Shown: positions 19,302 through 30,544, counted from the stretch's first letter. The stretch: DNA of 40,372 nt from Sideroxydans sp. (GCA_041752675.1 JBGSWB010000229.1:1-40372); one strand, 5' to 3'. Program-made: numbers and translations. Notes: generated by a model from the sequence alone, not told the origin.

Positions 19302-20786
19302 GTGGAATTTAGCATAAAACAAGGTACCCCGGACTCGATGAAGAGCGGCTGTGTCGTCGTTGGTGTGTTCGATGGCGGCAAATTATCCAAGGCTGGACAA
19401 GCGCTAGACAAAGCTGCGAAACACGCACTGAGCGACCTCATCGCGCGTGGTGACATGACGGGCAAAGCTGCCTCCACCTTGCTCCTACACAAACTCACCG
19501 GAATCACTGCCGAGCGCGTGTTGCTCGTTGGACTGGGCAAAGCGAGTGAACTGAACAACAAGATTAGCCTCGATATACTCAGTGCGATGTTCAAGGCGCT
19601 GAACGCCACACCGGCAAAAGATGCGGCGCTGTTCATCACTGACGAAGGTTTCGGCAAAAATGCGAACTGGGTCATCAAACAAGCCGTATTCACCGCCGCC
19701 GAACAAGCCTTCCGCGCTGACGGTCTGAAGAGCGAACCCGCAAAACCCGCGACACTCAAGCATGTCGTGTTCGCCACTCTCGACAAGCCTGCGGCCGAAC
19801 TCAAGACCACACTGGAACAATCCGCCGCCATCGCCAATGGGATGGAACTGACCAAGACATTGGGCAACCTGCCCGGCAACATCTGCACCCCAACTTATCT
19901 TTCTGCACACGCATTGGCGTTGGACAAAGCACACAAGAAGATCAAGACCACCGTGCTGGAAGAGAAGGACATGCAGAAGTTGGGCATGGGCTCTTTCCTC
20001 TCCGTCACACGCGGCAGCGAACAGCCCGCCAAACTCATCACCCTCGAATACAAGGGCGGTGACAAGAAACAGAAACCTATCGTGCTGGTCGGCAAAGGCA
20101 TCACCTTCGACACCGGCGGCATCTCACTCAAGCCGGGTGCCGAGATGGATGAGATGAAATACGACATGTGCGGCGCAGCCAGCGTGCTCGGCACTATGCA
20201 AGCCATCGCCGAGATGGGCTTGGAACTGAACGTGGTCGGCGTCATCCCCACTTGCGAGAACATGCCCTCCGGCATCGCCACCAAACCGGGCGACCTCGTC
20301 ACCTCCATGTCCGGCCAGACCATCGAGATCTTGAACACCGACGCTGAAGGTCGTCTCATCCTGTGTGACGCACTCACCTACTCCGCCAAGTTCGATCCAG
20401 ACACCGTCATCGACATCGCCACCCTCACCGGCGCATGCGTCATCGCCTTGGGTCATGTCGCACACGGCTTGTTCGCCAACGAAGACAAACTGGCGAAGGA
20501 ACTGCTGGCCGCCGGCGAACAATCGCATGACCGCGCATGGCAACTGCCGCTGTGGGACGACTACCAACCACTGCTCGACAGCAACTTCGCCGACATGCAG
20601 AACATCGGCGGACGTGCAGGTGGCACCATCACCGCTGCATGCTTCTTGGCGCGCTTCACCAAGGAATATCGCTGGGCGCACTTGGACATCGCAGGTACCG
20701 CGTGGTTGTCGGGCAAACAAAAAGGCGCGACCGGCCGTCCTGTGCCGATGCTCACGCAGTACCTCATCAACCGCGCAGCCAAGTAA
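19302..20786 (+). CDS. pepA: Leucyl aminopeptidase (M17)
   Basis: GTG start after AAGGAG. VGKGITFDTGG, MKYDMCGAA, NTDAEGRL, DIATLTGA, WAHLDIAG. Confidence 0.97.
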   Translation: MEFSIKQGTPDSMKSGCVVVGVFDGGKLSKAGQALDKAAKHALSDLIARGDMTGKAASTLLLHKLTGITAERVLLVGLGKASELNNKISLDILSAMFKALNATPAKDAALFITDEGFGKNANWVIKQAVFTAAEQAFRADGLKSEPAKPATLKHVVFATLDKPAAELKTTLEQSAAIANGMELTKTLGNLPGNICTPTYLSAHALALDKAHKKIKTTVLEEKDMQKLGMGSFLSVTRGSEQPAKLITLEYKGGDKKQKPIVLVGKGITFDTGGISLKPGAEMDEMKYDMCGAASVLGTMQAIAEMGLELNVVGVIPTCENMPSGIATKPGDLVTSMSGQTIEILNTDAEGRLILCDALTYSAKFDPDTVIDIATLTGACVIALGHVAHGLFANEDKLAKELLAAGEQSHDRAWQLPLWDDYQPLLDSNFADMQNIGGRAGGTITAACFLARFTKEYRWAHLDIAGTAWLSGKQKGATGRPVPMLTQYLINRAAK

Positions 20787-20825
20787 GGATCCGCCTCGAC
20801 TTCTCCTCACTCGGCAACACGATCA

Positions 20826-20853
20826 CGTCATTCCCGCTTTCGCGGGGATGACG
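20826..20853. repeat. Single CGTC-type REP palindrome
   Basis: CGTCATTCCCGC-TTTC-GCGGGGATGACG between convergent pepA and the RND gene; same CGTCAT...ATGACG ends as the 8772-8884 element. Confidence 0.7.
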
Positions 20854-20907
20854 ACTCGATCATGATTTTCTAGGGTGCTCGCTTGTTTGATGCAAGCGTG
20901 TGTGCTT

Positions 20908-23900
20908 CTAGGATGTTGCGCCACGCGACTTGAATGTGGCCCAACGTTGGCTCAGCTTGTCCATACTCACATAGAACGCGGGTGTCAGATACAGCGTGAG
21001 GAACTGCGAGAAGATCAATCCGCCTACCACGGCGATACCTAGCGGCCTGCGTGCTTCAGCCCCGGCGCCATAACCCAAAGCAATGGGTAGCGTCGCGAAG
21101 ATCGCAGCCAGCGTCGTCATCATGATGGGACGGAAACGCACTGCGCAGGCTTCGACCATCGCCTCCATCGCCGACAGATTCTTTTCGCGTTGAGCGACCA
21201 CGGCAAAGTCCACCATCATGATGCCGTTCTTCTTCACCAATCCCACCAGCAGGATGACGCCCACGAAGCTGAAGATGTTCAGGTCTTGGTGGAAGATGAT
21301 GAGCATGATGAGCGCCCCAAAACCCGCCAGCGGCAAGGCAGTGAGGATGGTGATGGGATGGCCGAAATGCTCATACAAGATGGCGAGGATCATGTAGATC
21401 ACCAAGATGGTGATCAGCAACAGGATGGGCAAGTCGGTCATCGAATCGCTAAAGGTCTTGGCCGAACCAGACAAGGTGGAGGTCACGCCTTGTGGCAGAT
21501 TGTCTTGTGCGATCTGCCTCACTTTATCAGTGGCTTCACCGAGCGAGACACCCGGCGCAAGATTGAACGAAAGGGTGACCGCAGGCAGTTGACCGAAGTG
21601 CGAGATGGACAAAGGCCCGACGCCACTATGAATGGTCGCCACCGATGACAGCGGCACCATCTGCTGATTGCTGCTCTTGATGTACAGAGCATTCAGCGAG
21701 TTGATGTCTTGCTGGAACTGCGGGTCCAATTGCATCAACACAGAATACTGATCGGCAGCCGCGTAGATGCTGGTGACACGGCGCGTGCCATAGGCGTCGT
21801 AGAGCGTGGATTGGATCTGTTGCGGAGTGATGCCCAACGCTGCCGCACGGTCTGTCTGGATGTCGATACGGATCTCGGGGCTGCGCAATTCCAAGTTACT
21901 GTTCACATCGAGCAATATCTTTTCGTTACGCAACTTTTGCACGAGGTCGTTCACAGCGGGATACAGCACATCGGTATCCGAACCGAGCAACACCAGTTGG
22001 AACTCAGCGTTGGATTGTTGCGCACCGATGTTGATAGCAGGCGGGTTTTGCAGGAACAACTTCATCCCGCTCACCACACGCGTTTGCTGACGCAATTCTT
22101 GGATCACATCATCCGCACTCAATTTGCGTTCGCTCTTAGGTTTGAGGCGAATGATGATGCGACCTACGTTGCTGCCAGCCACACCACCGCCCGCTTGCCC
22201 TGCACTGGAGAGCACGGCGGCGACGTTCTCATTCTTGCGGATGATGTCGGTCAGTTGTAATTGCTTGGCCACCAACTCTGTGAACACGATGCCTTCGTCA
22301 TCCGCCTGTGTGCTCCCCATCAACTGTCCTGTGTCTTGGCGCGGGATGAATCCTTTGGGTACGACCACGAACAGCCACACCGTCACCAGCAAGATGACGC
22401 CCGCGATGGTCAGCATGAAACCTCGGTGATGCAAGCTCCATTGCAGGCTGTCGCGATAGCCTGTCTCAACGTAATGGAAGAGTTTGTCGAAACCATCGAA
22501 CAGACGTCCATGACGATGACTGGGGAGCAAGAAACGGCTACACAACATCGGCGTCAGACTCAACGACAACGCGCCCGAGATCAACACCGCAAGGCCGATA
22601 GTGACGGAGAACTCAGTGAACAAGCGCCCCAACACCCCACCCATGAACAAGATAGGCAGGAACACCGCGACCAGCGACAACGTCATGGACAGCACAGTGA
22701 AGCCGATCTCCTTGGTGCCGTCGATGGCTGCAGTGAGACGGTCTTTCCCCATCTCCATGTGGCGTGTGATGTTCTCCAGCACCACGATGGCATCGTCCAC
22801 CACGAAACCTACGGCCAGCGTGAGCGCCATCAACGAGATATTGTTAAGGCTGTAACCCAGCAACTTCATCGCCGCGAACGTACCGATGAGTGAGATGGGC
22901 AACACGATGGCAACGATCAACGTGGACGAATAGTTGCGCAAGAAAGCCAACACCACCAATACCACCAACACCACGGCCAACATCAGTGTGAACTCCACAT
23001 CACGTATGGATTCGCCGATGAACTCGGAGCGGTCGAACAACACTTCCAATTTCGCATCACCCGGCAGTTGTGCGCGCATCTCGGGCAACAAGGCGCGGAT
23101 GCTCTTCACCACTTCAACGGTGTTCGCACCGGGTTGTCTTTGCACCGCCAGCACAATGGCACGTTCGCCGTTGAACCATGTCGCGGTGCGATTGTTCTCT
23201 ACGCTGTCTTCAGCGCGCCCGATGTCAGAAAAACGAATGGGCGAACCGTTCGTATAGGCGAGGATGACGGAATTGAAATCGGCAGCATTCTCCAGTTGAC
23301 CGCTGGCTTTAACGGTGAATTTTTGACTACGTCCGTCCAACGTACCCGAGGGCAGATTACTGTTGGATCTTTGCAGCGCAGACGACACATCCTCGATGCC
23401 TAGCTTGCGTTGTGCCAACGCATTCGGATCGAGATACAAGCGCACCGCATATTTCTGCGAACCGTACACCACCATCTGCGCCACGCCGGGCAAGGTAGAG
23501 ATGCGTTGCGAGATCTGATCGTCGGCAAAAGCGTTGAGCGTGGTGAGAGGTAGGTCTTTGGCTGTCAGCGCCAAAAAGATGATGGGACTATCCGCCGGAT
23601 TCACCTTGCGCAGCTGCGGTGCGTTGTCCATCTGCGGCGGTAGCGAACGCACCGCTTGAGCGATGGCGGTCTGCACGTCTTGTGAAGCCGCATCGATGTC
23701 ACGGTCCAGATTGAATTGCAGTGTGATACGCGTTGAGCCCGTCTTGCTCACCGAGGTCATCGAATCCAATCCGGCAATGGTCGAGAACTGGCGCTCCAGC
23801 GGGGTGGCGACGGTGGCCGCCATATTGTCCGGGTTGCCGCCTGCCATATTCGCCGTCACCTGGATGGTGGGGAAATCCACATTGGGCAATTCGTTCACTG

Positions 23901-23997
23901 GCAATTTCAGGAAGGCGAACGTGCCGAACAGCGTCACCGCGCTGACCAGCACCGTGGTCATCACCGGACGGTCGATGAAGACGCGCCAGAGACTCAT
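20908..23997 (-). CDS. RND efflux transporter permease (MdtB/MdtC-like, HAE1)
   Basis: FIDRPVMT, VDFPTIQV, VVDDAIVVLENI, KKNGIMMVDF, RFRPIMMTT, PLGIAVVGGL; 1029 aa. Confidence 0.95.
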   Translation of the reverse strand: MSLWRVFIDRPVMTTVLVSAVTLFGTFAFLKLPVNELPNVDFPTIQVTANMAGGNPDNMAATVATPLERQFSTIAGLDSMTSVSKTGSTRITLQFNLDRDIDAASQDVQTAIAQAVRSLPPQMDNAPQLRKVNPADSPIIFLALTAKDLPLTTLNAFADDQISQRISTLPGVAQMVVYGSQKYAVRLYLDPNALAQRKLGIEDVSSALQRSNSNLPSGTLDGRSQKFTVKASGQLENAADFNSVILAYTNGSPIRFSDIGRAEDSVENNRTATWFNGERAIVLAVQRQPGANTVEVVKSIRALLPEMRAQLPGDAKLEVLFDRSEFIGESIRDVEFTLMLAVVLVVLVVLAFLRNYSSTLIVAIVLPISLIGTFAAMKLLGYSLNNISLMALTLAVGFVVDDAIVVLENITRHMEMGKDRLTAAIDGTKEIGFTVLSMTLSLVAVFLPILFMGGVLGRLFTEFSVTIGLAVLISGALSLSLTPMLCSRFLLPSHRHGRLFDGFDKLFHYVETGYRDSLQWSLHHRGFMLTIAGVILLVTVWLFVVVPKGFIPRQDTGQLMGSTQADDEGIVFTELVAKQLQLTDIIRKNENVAAVLSSAGQAGGGVAGSNVGRIIIRLKPKSERKLSADDVIQELRQQTRVVSGMKLFLQNPPAINIGAQQSNAEFQLVLLGSDTDVLYPAVNDLVQKLRNEKILLDVNSNLELRSPEIRIDIQTDRAAALGITPQQIQSTLYDAYGTRRVTSIYAAADQYSVLMQLDPQFQQDINSLNALYIKSSNQQMVPLSSVATIHSGVGPLSISHFGQLPAVTLSFNLAPGVSLGEATDKVRQIAQDNLPQGVTSTLSGSAKTFSDSMTDLPILLLITILVIYMILAILYEHFGHPITILTALPLAGFGALIMLIIFHQDLNIFSFVGVILLVGLVKKNGIMMVDFAVVAQREKNLSAMEAMVEACAVRFRPIMMTTLAAIFATLPIALGYGAGAEARRPLGIAVVGGLIFSQFLTLYLTPAFYVSMDKLSQRWATFKSRGATS

Positions 23998-25181
23998 GGT
24001 TGTTTCACTCCGCTCGCCGCGTCGATATTCGGCTTGGCTTCTTTAGCATCTTTGCTTTCTTTCTTTGCGCCCATCACTTCCACTGCGCCGCCTGCGCGTA
24101 AGTTCTTGGGCGGGTTAAGGATCACTTGCTGACCTTCGGTCAGGCCGCTTGCCACCACCACTTGCGCACCCACTTGGCGGGCCACGGTGATGGTCTGCGC
24201 TTGCGCTTTTCCATCCGCCATCACATACACGAAAGCGCCGTCTTGGCTGGGTTGTACGGCTGTCTCGGGGATCACCAGCGCGTCTTGTTGTACGTCTAGC
24301 ACCATGCGCAAAGTCACCAACTCACCCGGCCACAAGGCTTCATCTTTGTTGGCGATGCGCGCCTTCATGCGCAACGTGCCCGTCTGGGTATCCACCGCGT
24401 TGTCGATGAATGCCAGCGTGCCTGTGGCGATCACCGCATCGCTAGCGTCATGGCGAACTTCCACCGTCATTGGACCTTTACGTTGTCCTTCGCGGATGGC
24501 TTGCAGTTGTTGTTGCGGCACGCTGAAGTTCGCCGTCAGCGCTTGAGTCGCGTTGATGGTCACCAAGGGCGTGGTCGAAGCCGCACTTACCAGATTGCCT
24601 GGCTTCACGCTCACCATGCCCGCACGACCTGTGATGGGCGAGGTGATGCGGGTGTTACCGAGTTGCAGCTGCATGGATCTCAACGCAGCTTGGTTGGCCT
24701 GTACCGTGGCAAGCGCGACTTGTTCTTGTGCAGCGGCTTGCGCGTATTCCTGCTGTGTCACATATTCTTTGGCGACCAAGGATTGCAAGCGACGAGCTTG
24801 TGCGGACGCTTCCGTCAACGCTGCTTGGTCACGCGCCAGATTGGCGCGGGCTTTATCGACTTCCGCTTGTTGTGAACCCGCATCGAACTGGAACAACACT
24901 TGACCCGCCTTGACCATATCCCCTTCGCGAAAATCGATATTCTTCAGCACACCACTCACTTCCGCGCGTATCGCCACGCTCTGTTCCGCCTCCACCGTTG
25001 CCACTGCATCCAACACATAAGGCATGGCTTGTGTCTCCACCGTCGCTACCCGCACCGGGATCGCTTTCGCACCACGCGGTGCGCCTGCGCCCTCCATCCC
25101 TTCCATTGTTGGTTTGGTGTAGAACCAGATCGCCACACCAGCGGCGATCAGGATGAAAAGAGTAAGGATGATTTTTTTCAT
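23994..25181 (-). CDS. RND membrane fusion (periplasmic adaptor) protein, MdtA-like
   Basis: N-terminal TM, FREGDMVKAGQ, ITSPITGR.G, IDNAVDTQTGT, LWPG; ATGA overlaps on both sides. Confidence 0.93.
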   Translation of the reverse strand: MKKIILTLFILIAAGVAIWFYTKPTMEGMEGAGAPRGAKAIPVRVATVETQAMPYVLDAVATVEAEQSVAIRAEVSGVLKNIDFREGDMVKAGQVLFQFDAGSQQAEVDKARANLARDQAALTEASAQARRLQSLVAKEYVTQQEYAQAAAQEQVALATVQANQAALRSMQLQLGNTRITSPITGRAGMVSVKPGNLVSAASTTPLVTINATQALTANFSVPQQQLQAIREGQRKGPMTVEVRHDASDAVIATGTLAFIDNAVDTQTGTLRMKARIANKDEALWPGELVTLRMVLDVQQDALVIPETAVQPSQDGAFVYVMADGKAQAQTITVARQVGAQVVVASGLTEGQQVILNPPKNLRAGGAVEVMGAKKESKDAKEAKPNIDAASGVKQP

Positions 25182-26632
25182 TGGGGTGTGGACTCCGACG
25201 CAAAGCTACCGATCGCATTGTTCAAACGAGACAAGCTGGAATACCAACCCATCTCCGCCTGTATCACTTCCATCTTTGAATTCGCCTCACTGGCGAAGGC
25301 AGTCAGCAGGTCAGGCAGGTTGCCTACGCCCGCTTTGTAACGCGCTTCGGCCACTTCGCGGGATTGCGCAGCACTGCGCATCAACGCCCGCGCGCTGCTG
25401 ATGGCAGCCTCGGCGGTGTCGAGGTCGTAATACGCTTGCCATACTTCCAACTCCACTTGATGCACCGCTTGGTCACGGTTGGCATCGAGTTGTTCGGCGC
25501 GTGCTCGCGCTTGCCGCACCGTGTTTGCAGTGTGGAATCCGCTGAACAAAGGCACACGCAGATTGATGCCTAATGAACTGCTGGTGCTGCCGTTGTAAGG
25601 GCCACCGAGTTGGAAGTTGTTGTAAGTCTTGCCGCCACTCAAAGTGAGATCAAGCGAGGGATACCCCTGCGCAGAGGCTGCGTCGATGCTCGCATGTGCG
25701 GCGCGCGCTTGCGCTTCGGCGGCACTCAGATCAGGGCGCGCAGACTTTGCTTGCGCGAGATATTGCTCAACGGTGAGGCGCACTTGTTGTGTCGAGAGTG
25801 GCACGCCCAGTGGTGCAAGCTCAAGCGGTGTGGTGATGGGCAAACCAACGGCATTGCACAACACACCTTTGAATTTGCTCGCTGCGCCTTGTGCTTGGCG
25901 CAATAGCAACTTGCTCTGCGCCAGCAAAGTATCAGCTTGGTACACATTGCCGATGGTCGCCAAGCCCGCTTTGTGCCGCGCATTCACCACGTCCACACTC
26001 AATTGAACGGCTTTGAGGGTTTGTTCGCCAGCCGCCACCGTTTGCTGTGCAGCGAGCAGTTGGTAATACGCTTGTTCGACTTGAAAGGCGACGCTCTGCA
26101 AAGTGCGATTCTGATTCAGGTTCGCCGCCAACAAGTTGTAGCGCGCCGCCTCCACCGAAGATGAGCGCGCACCGAAATCGAACAAGGTGTAACTCAAGCT
26201 GATGTTTGGCGACAAGCGCGTCTGCATATTGCCCGAGATGACACCCGTGCTGCTATTGATGGAAGTCTTGCCACGCGTCAGTGCCACGTTGGCATCCACC
26301 GTTGGCCAATACCCCGCCTCCGCGACACCCACCGCAGCCGCCTGCGCATTCGCCATCGCCCATGCCTCACGCGTGAGCGGACTGTTACGCAGGGCGAGGT
26401 CGGTGAGTTCAGCGAGAGATAACGGTGCAGCAGATCTCAGCACCAGCGAGGGTTCGGTGACCGCCAATACTTGAGGTGCATGCCACGTCACACCGCGTTG
26501 TGATGGCATGGATAGGTGATGATCAAGCATCAATTCACTTCGCGCGATACTCGGCAACAGCACACAGGCGCAGAGGCCGATGACCGTATTCAAGAAGCGC
26601 CATTGAGACTGATTAACTGACCATCTTTTCAT
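25178..26632 (-). CDS. TolC-family outer membrane channel
   Basis: LSLAELTDLALRNSP, LSYTLFDFG, ARPDL, LRVPLFSG, RYKAGVG; start uncertain. Confidence 0.9.
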   Translation of the reverse strand: MKRWSVNQSQWRFLNTVIGLCACVLLPSIARSELMLDHHLSMPSQRGVTWHAPQVLAVTEPSLVLRSAAPLSLAELTDLALRNSPLTREAWAMANAQAAAVGVAEAGYWPTVDANVALTRGKTSINSSTGVISGNMQTRLSPNISLSYTLFDFGARSSSVEAARYNLLAANLNQNRTLQSVAFQVEQAYYQLLAAQQTVAAGEQTLKAVQLSVDVVNARHKAGLATIGNVYQADTLLAQSKLLLRQAQGAASKFKGVLCNAVGLPITTPLELAPLGVPLSTQQVRLTVEQYLAQAKSARPDLSAAEAQARAAHASIDAASAQGYPSLDLTLSGGKTYNNFQLGGPYNGSTSSSLGINLRVPLFSGFHTANTVRQARARAEQLDANRDQAVHQVELEVWQAYYDLDTAEAAISSARALMRSAAQSREVAEARYKAGVGNLPDLLTAFASEANSKMEVIQAEMGWYSSLSRLNNAIGSFASESTPQ

Positions 26633-26799
26633 TCGAGACCTACTCGGTGATGCAGTGAATGTGAACCGCTGATGAAAGCCCAGTGGGCTTGGCTCGCCAT
26701 TCTACCCATGCCTGCGTGGATTTGATGTTACAGGCAGCTGCATGAACGAGAAACGGCATCACCTGAAGAGGGATGCCAGACAGTCAAGTCGTCGGCCTT

Positions 26800-26816
26800 T
26801 GCTATAATCGCGCCGC
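26800..26816 (+). promoter_or_regulatory. Extended -10 sigma70 promoter with GC-rich discriminator for holC
   Basis: TGCTATAATCGCGCCGC upstream of the holC GTG. Confidence 0.55.
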
Positions 26817-26840
26817 CATTCATAAAGAGTTCCCTCCAAC

Positions 26841-27266
26841 GTGACTAAAGTCGATTTCTACACCGGCAGCGAAGACAAGCTGCGCACTGCTTGTCAGCTC
26901 AGCCACAAAGCCATGCAGAACGGTCTGCGTGTTTTGTTGCATGTGCCGAACGACGACACCGCAGACAAATTGGACAAGCTGCTGTGGCATTACCCCGCCA
27001 CGGCTTTCCTGCCGCACTGTCACAGCCACGAAGCCGATGCAGCGACCATGCCCGTGGTCATCGGGCGCGACGAGAACTTCCCACACTCGGAACTACTCAT
27101 CAGCTTGCATGATGAATGCACCACCTTCTTCAGCCGTTTCGAACGCGTCATCGAGATCGTCGGCAGCGACGACGATGATGCCAAGCTGGGCCGCGCACGC
27201 TTCAAGTTCTACAAAGACCGTGGCTACGATGTCGGCCATACCGACTTGGCAAAACTTCGCACATGA
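26841..27266 (+). CDS. holC: DNA polymerase III subunit chi
   Basis: TKVDFY, ACQL..KA, LDKLLW....AFLPH, FSRFERVIEIV, R.RFKFYKDRGY. Confidence 0.93.
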   Translation: MTKVDFYTGSEDKLRTACQLSHKAMQNGLRVLLHVPNDDTADKLDKLLWHYPATAFLPHCHSHEADAATMPVVIGRDENFPHSELLISLHDECTTFFSRFERVIEIVGSDDDDAKLGRARFKFYKDRGYDVGHTDLAKLRT

Positions 27267-27652
27267 CGACCGACCACTACCTACCGCAAGACATTCCCGT
27301 GCTCACCGAAGTGGTCGGCGAACCGGACTCGGCCGTACCCACACTGACCGAGATCGTGGAAGCCCCCTTCACACCCTCGCTTGATGACACGATAAAGATC
27401 GAAGTGGAATCCCTCGCGCCGATCTCCACCGAGTCCGCCGACGTCCTGCTTCCCGAAGAGATGCCTCTCGACATCTCGCCGCAACTGTTAAGCCACCTCG
27501 AGACGCACCTTGAGGATGTATTGGCGCAACGCCTGCAACGACGCTTGGCGGATGCCCAACAACAGGTCATCGCAGAGACCCTGGCCGAATTGAAAGCCGA
27601 ACTGCCCGAGCTCATCCGCAAAGCCCTAGCCACTCCGCAAGATCCCACCTGA
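27263..27652 (+). CDS. Acidic hypothetical protein (DUF2486-like)
   Basis: ATGA overlap with holC. Duplicated IPVLTEVV/VPTLTEIV motif, acidic/Pro-rich middle, helical C-terminus. Confidence 0.65.
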   Translation: MTTDHYLPQDIPVLTEVVGEPDSAVPTLTEIVEAPFTPSLDDTIKIEVESLAPISTESADVLLPEEMPLDISPQLLSHLETHLEDVLAQRLQRRLADAQQQVIAETLAELKAELPELIRKALATPQDPT

Positions 27653-27677
27653 AGCGCCCGCAGTCTGCGGGTTGTCT

Positions 27678-27695
27678 TGATATAATCGCGCCCCT
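27678..27695 (+). promoter_or_regulatory. Extended -10 sigma70 promoter with GC-rich discriminator for valS
   Basis: TGATATAATCGCGCCCC upstream of the valS ATG. Confidence 0.55.
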
Positions 27696-27731
27696 CCAAA
27701 GCCGCAAGGCTGATACACACTCCGCACGATC

Positions 27732-30533
27732 ATGACTCAAAAAGAACTCGCAAAAAGTTTCGACCCCAAAGACATCGAAGCACGTTGGTATCCCGAGTGG
27801 GAAGCCGCCGGCTACTTCAAGGCAGGTCTCGCCGCCGACAAGGCAGAAGCGTTCTGCATCCAGTTGCCGCCGCCCAACGTCACCGGCACGTTGCACATGG
27901 GCCACGGCTTCAACCAGACCTTGATGGATGCGCTCACGCGTTACCACCGCATGCGCGGGGACAACACCCTGTGGCAACCGGGTACCGACCACGCAGGTAT
28001 CGCCACGCAGATCGTCGTCGAGCGTCAACTCGATGCGCAAGGTGTATCGCGCCACGACCTCGGTCGCGAGAAGTTCATCGAGAAGGTGTGGGAGTGGAAG
28101 AAATTCTCTGGCGACACCATCACACGTCAGATGCGCCGCCTCGGCACCTCGCCCGATTGGTCGCGCGAACGTTTCACCATGGACCCCGCACTGAACAAGA
28201 CCGTCACCGAGACATTCGTGCGCCTGTTCAACGAAGGCCTCATCTATCGCGGAAAACGTCTGGTGAACTGGGACCCGAAACTGCACACCGCAGTGTCCGA
28301 CCTCGAAGTCGTGCAAGAGGAAGAAGACGGTTTCATGTATCACATCCGTTATCCGCTGGCTGATGGCAGCGGTCACCTCACGGTCGCCACCACTCGCCCC
28401 GAGACCATGATGGGCGACGTCGCCGTGATGGTGCATCCAGAAGACGAGCGCTACAAACACCTCATCGGCAAACAAGTCACGCTGCCTCTGTGCGACCGCA
28501 CTATCCCCATCATCGCGGATGAATATGTCGATAAAGAATTCGGCACGGGCGTGGTCAAGGTCACGCCTGCGCATGACTTCAACGACTACGCCGTCGGTCA
28601 GCGTCACAAGCTAGAGATGATCTCCATCCTCACGCTGGATGCGAAGATCAACGAGAACGCGCCCAAGCAATACCAAGGTATGGATAGATTCGCCGCACGC
28701 AAACAGATCGTTGCCGATCTGGAGACAGCAGGCGTATTCGACAAAGCCGAGAAACACAAACTCAAAGTGCCGCGCGGCGACCGCACCGGCGTGGTCATCG
28801 AACCGATGCTCACCGACCAATGGTTCGTCGCCATGAGCAAGCCCAGCGACAACGGCAAGAGCATCACCGAACAAGCGTTGGAATGTGTGAGCTCCGGCGA
28901 GATCAAGTTCCATCCTGAGAACTGGGTGAACACCTACAACCAGTGGCTCAACAACATCCAAGACTGGTGCATCTCGCGCCAACTGTGGTGGGGTCATCAG
29001 ATCCCCGCGTGGTACGGCGTGAACGGCGAAGTGTTCGTTGCGCATGACGCAGACGAAGCGCGCAAGCTGGCCGACAAGGCAGGCTACGCCGGACAACTCG
29101 ACCGCGACAACGACGTACTCGACACTTGGTTCTCATCCGCGCTGTGGCCGTTCTCCACACTGGATTGGGACATGAGCAAACCATTCGATGCGCAGAACGA
29201 GTTCGTGCAGAAATATCTGCCCTCTACCGTTCTTGTCACTGGCTTCGACATCATCTTCTTCTGGGTGGCGCGCATGGTGATGATGACCAAGCACATCACC
29301 GGCAAGATCCCGTTCAAAGACGTGTACGTGCACGGCCTCATCCGCGACGCGGAAGGTCAGAAGATGTCCAAGTCCAAGGGCAACGTGCTCGACCCTATCG
29401 ATCTCATCGACGGTATCGGCATCGAAGAGTTGGTGAAGAAACGCACCACTGGGTTGATGAACCCGAAAGACGCCGAGAAGATCGAGAAGCGCACGCGCAA
29501 AGAATTCCCTGAAGGCATCACCGCTTTCGGCACCGATGCATTGCGCTTCACCTTCGCTTCGCTCGCCTCACCCGGTCGCGACATCAAGTTCGACATGCAA
29601 CGCTGCGAAGGCTATCGCAACTTCTGCAACAAGCTATGGAACGCCACACGCTTCGTGCTGATGAATTGTGAAGGCAAGGACGTAGGACAAGACGAATCGC
29701 TGGCACTGGAATTCTCTGCCGCCGACAAGTGGATGATCAGCTTGCTACAACAGACTGAAGCTGAGATGGCGAACAACTTCGCCGACTACCGTTTCGACAT
29801 GGCCGCACGTGCGGTGTACGAACTGGTGTGGAACACTTACTGCGACTGGTACGTGGAACTGGCGAAGGTACAGATCGCCAACGGTAACGACGCACAACAA
29901 CGCGCCACTCGCCGCACGCTGGTGCGCGTGCTGGAAACCATTCTGCGCTTGGCACACCCCATCATCCCTTTCATCACGGAAGAGTTGTGGCAATCCGTCG
30001 CACCCATGGCGAATGCAAAAGGCAGCAGCATCATGCTGCAAGCCTATCCAAAATCAGACGACGGCAAGATCGACGATGCCGCTATCGCTCAGATCGGTTT
30101 GCTACAAGAACTCATCACCGCATGCCGCAGCTTGCGTAGCGAGATGAACCTGTCGCCCGCCGCACGTGTGCCACTCATCGCCGCTGGTGATGCGACGGTG
30201 CTGAACGCACTCGCGCCTTACATCAGCAGCCTTGCCAAGTTGAGCGAAGTGAACGTGGTGGCTGAGTTACCAGAAGGCGACGCACCCGTTTCCATCGTCG
30301 GCAATTTCAAACTGATGCTGAAGGTGGAGATCGACGTGGCTGCCGAGCGCGTGCGTCTGGATAAAGAGATCGATCGTTTGACCAACGAAGTCACCAAGAC
30401 ACAAGCCAAGCTAGGCAATGAGAGCTTCGTCGCTCGTGCGCCCGCAGCCGTGGTGGAGCAAGAGAAGAAACGCATGGAAGACTTCGGCGCGACACTGGTG
30501 CAGTTGCAGGCACAACGCAAGAAGTTAGGCTAA
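27732..30533 (+). CDS. valS: Valine--tRNA ligase
   Basis: [38 protein letters not shown]-terminal coiled coil. Confidence 0.98.
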   Translation: MTQKELAKSFDPKDIEARWYPEWEAAGYFKAGLAADKAEAFCIQLPPPNVTGTLHMGHGFNQTLMDALTRYHRMRGDNTLWQPGTDHAGIATQIVVERQLDAQGVSRHDLGREKFIEKVWEWKKFSGDTITRQMRRLGTSPDWSRERFTMDPALNKTVTETFVRLFNEGLIYRGKRLVNWDPKLHTAVSDLEVVQEEEDGFMYHIRYPLADGSGHLTVATTRPETMMGDVAVMVHPEDERYKHLIGKQVTLPLCDRTIPIIADEYVDKEFGTGVVKVTPAHDFNDYAVGQRHKLEMISILTLDAKINENAPKQYQGMDRFAARKQIVADLETAGVFDKAEKHKLKVPRGDRTGVVIEPMLTDQWFVAMSKPSDNGKSITEQALECVSSGEIKFHPENWVNTYNQWLNNIQDWCISRQLWWGHQIPAWYGVNGEVFVAHDADEARKLADKAGYAGQLDRDNDVLDTWFSSALWPFSTLDWDMSKPFDAQNEFVQKYLPSTVLVTGFDIIFFWVARMVMMTKHITGKIPFKDVYVHGLIRDAEGQKMSKSKGNVLDPIDLIDGIGIEELVKKRTTGLMNPKDAEKIEKRTRKEFPEGITAFGTDALRFTFASLASPGRDIKFDMQRCEGYRNFCNKLWNATRFVLMNCEGKDVGQDESLALEFSAADKWMISLLQQTEAEMANNFADYRFDMAARAVYELVWNTYCDWYVELAKVQIANGNDAQQRATRRTLVRVLETILRLAHPIIPFITEELWQSVAPMANAKGSSIMLQAYPKSDDGKIDDAAIAQIGLLQELITACRSLRSEMNLSPAARVPLIAAGDATVLNALAPYISSLAKLSEVNVVAELPEGDAPVSIVGNFKLMLKVEIDVAAERVRLDKEIDRLTNEVTKTQAKLGNESFVARAPAAVVEQEKKRMEDFGATLVQLQAQRKKLG

Positions 30534-30544
30534 GGAGGTAGATC

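Noticed and set aside
27612-28607. 331-aa - strand ORF
   Set aside because: Antisense shadow of valS.
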